This document shows positions 62,421 through 64,000 of a stretch of 64,000 bases of DNA, in pieces. The translations under genes and the position numbers were made by a program. Source of the DNA: Phaeosaccion multiseriatum (lineage: Eukaryota > Protista > Ochrophyta, other classes). The notes under the pieces were generated by a model. It saw nothing but the letters and a program-made list of their open reading frames with translations, was not told the DNA's origin and searched no databases. The stretch lies in the NCBI GenBank assembly GCA_965112735.1, contig OZ218955.1:3968001-4032000 (forward strand). The letters run 5' to 3'. Positions within the stretch are counted from its first letter, which is position 1. The number at the start of each line of letters is the position of its first letter.

Positions 62421-64000
62421 AGACGTGTGATAACGTTAGCGGTCTTGTAAGGGCCCAGGGGGGCTGGATGGGAATGCGCATCGGAGCGAAGCCCTGCCTT
62501 GCATTCACATTGTCATTCACCGCGAGAGGCCTCAGGGCATCACTCTCATTCCTCATCACCCACCCACCCACGCACCCACGCACCCACCCACCTGCGAGTA
62601 TCATACCCCTCTGCGTGACGCACTTCCATGCCGGGCAGCTCTCCCCCTGCGCCTCCCAAGCGAAGTCATACGTCACATTGGTGGGATTGACGACGAAGAA
62701 GCGCTTGACGTTACGCACACGCGTGCCCCGGGAGGTGACGTCAACAACACGCACACCCGCAGCCTCGATGGCGCCGCCCTGCTCCAGTGTCAAGTGTCAG
62801 GACAGAGAGACAGGGTACAGAGGAGGAGGAATGTTGGGACAGGTAGACGGGTGTCAGGACAGGCTAGGGAGAAGATTATCAGAACAGCTGGTCTTTGCCC
62901 TGCCCATATACCTCCACCATGTTCTGCCCATGCACCTCTACCCTACCCCTACGGTGTGGCCTAAGGTATGCCAGTGAATGCCTCATACACACACCTGCAC
63001 GCCCCGCTCGTTACTAAGGAGGTGCGTCTGCCTGCGGTCGAGGTAGGCGCCTGAGTCGCTGTCCCGCAGCTCGAAGTGGCAAAGGGGCCGCACGGCTCGG
63101 CCCAGCAGGGACAGGCGCAACAACTCGGCCCCCTCGGGAAGGGAGGGCATGAGCAGCAGCAGCTCGTACTTGAAGCCCGCGCCCTGCACCTGAGGACCGC
63201 ACCAGAGGAGGGGGGGGGGGTGAACGGGATAACGGGTTAACGGATCGACGGGGATGGATATGAACGGGTTGGTGGGGGCTGTTGACGGGGGCGATAGCAG
63301 CACGTGCATTCATTGAGCTGGCCTAGTTCAAGTGCAATGCTAACGTTCGTTAATGTTGCATTAACGTTACCTCCTTGGGGGCGAAGCGCAGCGTGAAGGT
63401 GTGCTCCTCCCCGGCCTTGATCTCTCCGCAGCGAGGCTCCACCGAGAAGGGGCAGGGCACGTCATGGGGGGACAACAGCGATCCCATGCCACTCAGGGCG
63501 GTGCCGGGGCGAGAGGCCCATGGCCCGGAGCCTGACGCCGTGTTGGCGCGGCTTACACCCGTCATGGATGCGCGTCTGAGGGGGGTGGGGAGGGGGAGGA
63601 GAAGAGGGTGTGCTGTTTGTCAGTCGGGAGGGGATAGCTGGGTGCGGCAGAGCACCGAGGCGCAGATACTTGGGTCTCCATCTGCCTGCCTGTCTGTCTA
63701 TCTGTCTGCCTGTCTGTCTGTTAGTCTGTCTGTCCGTCTGTCTGTCTTTAAGTCTGCTCCCTCCCTCCCTCTCTCCCTCTCAGTCAGTCAGTTCCAGCCC
63801 CAACCCGCAGCACACCCCTTCCTACTCACTTCTCGATGAGCAGCGAGTCGAAGGGCAGCACGGTCTGCGAAGTGTTCTTGATCTTCACCACGTGGGTGCG
63901 TGCTTGGAACATGGCGGTGGGCTTGAACACCACGGTGCGCGCCGTTTGGGGGGGGGCGGAGGGCGGGATGGCAGCAGATGCGCCCTTGGGGTCCTTCTTG
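56804..64000 (-). CDS. HYDIN: Hydrocephalus-inducing protein (axonemal central pair), 3' portion, continues beyond window
   Basis: Tandem ASH/Ig-like modules ([21 protein letters not shown]; [15 protein letters not shown]; [11 protein letters not shown]; [21 protein letters not shown]; WVYYLQG C-terminus). Confidence 0.92.
60667..60906. repeat. (TGAGGG)n hexamer array before a HYDIN acceptor
   Basis: Directly visible, about 40 units. Confidence 0.9.

Overview
Gene-dense, intron-rich, GC-rich eukaryotic nuclear DNA, most likely from a flagellated photosynthetic stramenopile (ochrophyte). This is inferred from a DUF3067 protein with a signal peptide plus F-start transit peptide (VSG|FAAP) and from a HYDIN gene. 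Manual splicing supports 13 protein-coding genes: RPP30(-), major vault protein MVP(+), a stand-alone MHYT membrane sensor(-), UPF2(-), an FAAH-like amidase(+), AK6/Fap7(-), SMC3(+), a FERLY..CTFxP-repeat protein(-), a rolling-stone/AIG1-like membrane protein(+), plastid DUF3067(-), a small PAM2/ERD15-like protein(+), a secreted Cys-rich protein(+) and the 3' part of HYDIN(-). Ten of them form five compact head-to-head pairs. There is a 412-bp MITE with an ATAT target duplication and a 76-bp inverted-repeat element. No tRNA, rRNA or CRISPR was seen. The main unexplained pattern is intron architecture: G-rich microsatellites and two dispersed motifs follow donors, while their C-rich reverse complements precede acceptors, sometimes as exact complementary pairs within one intron. 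A 20-mer also recurs in both exons and introns. CDS coordinates are gene spans including introns; exon boundaries were read by eye and family calls come from recalled motifs, not searches.
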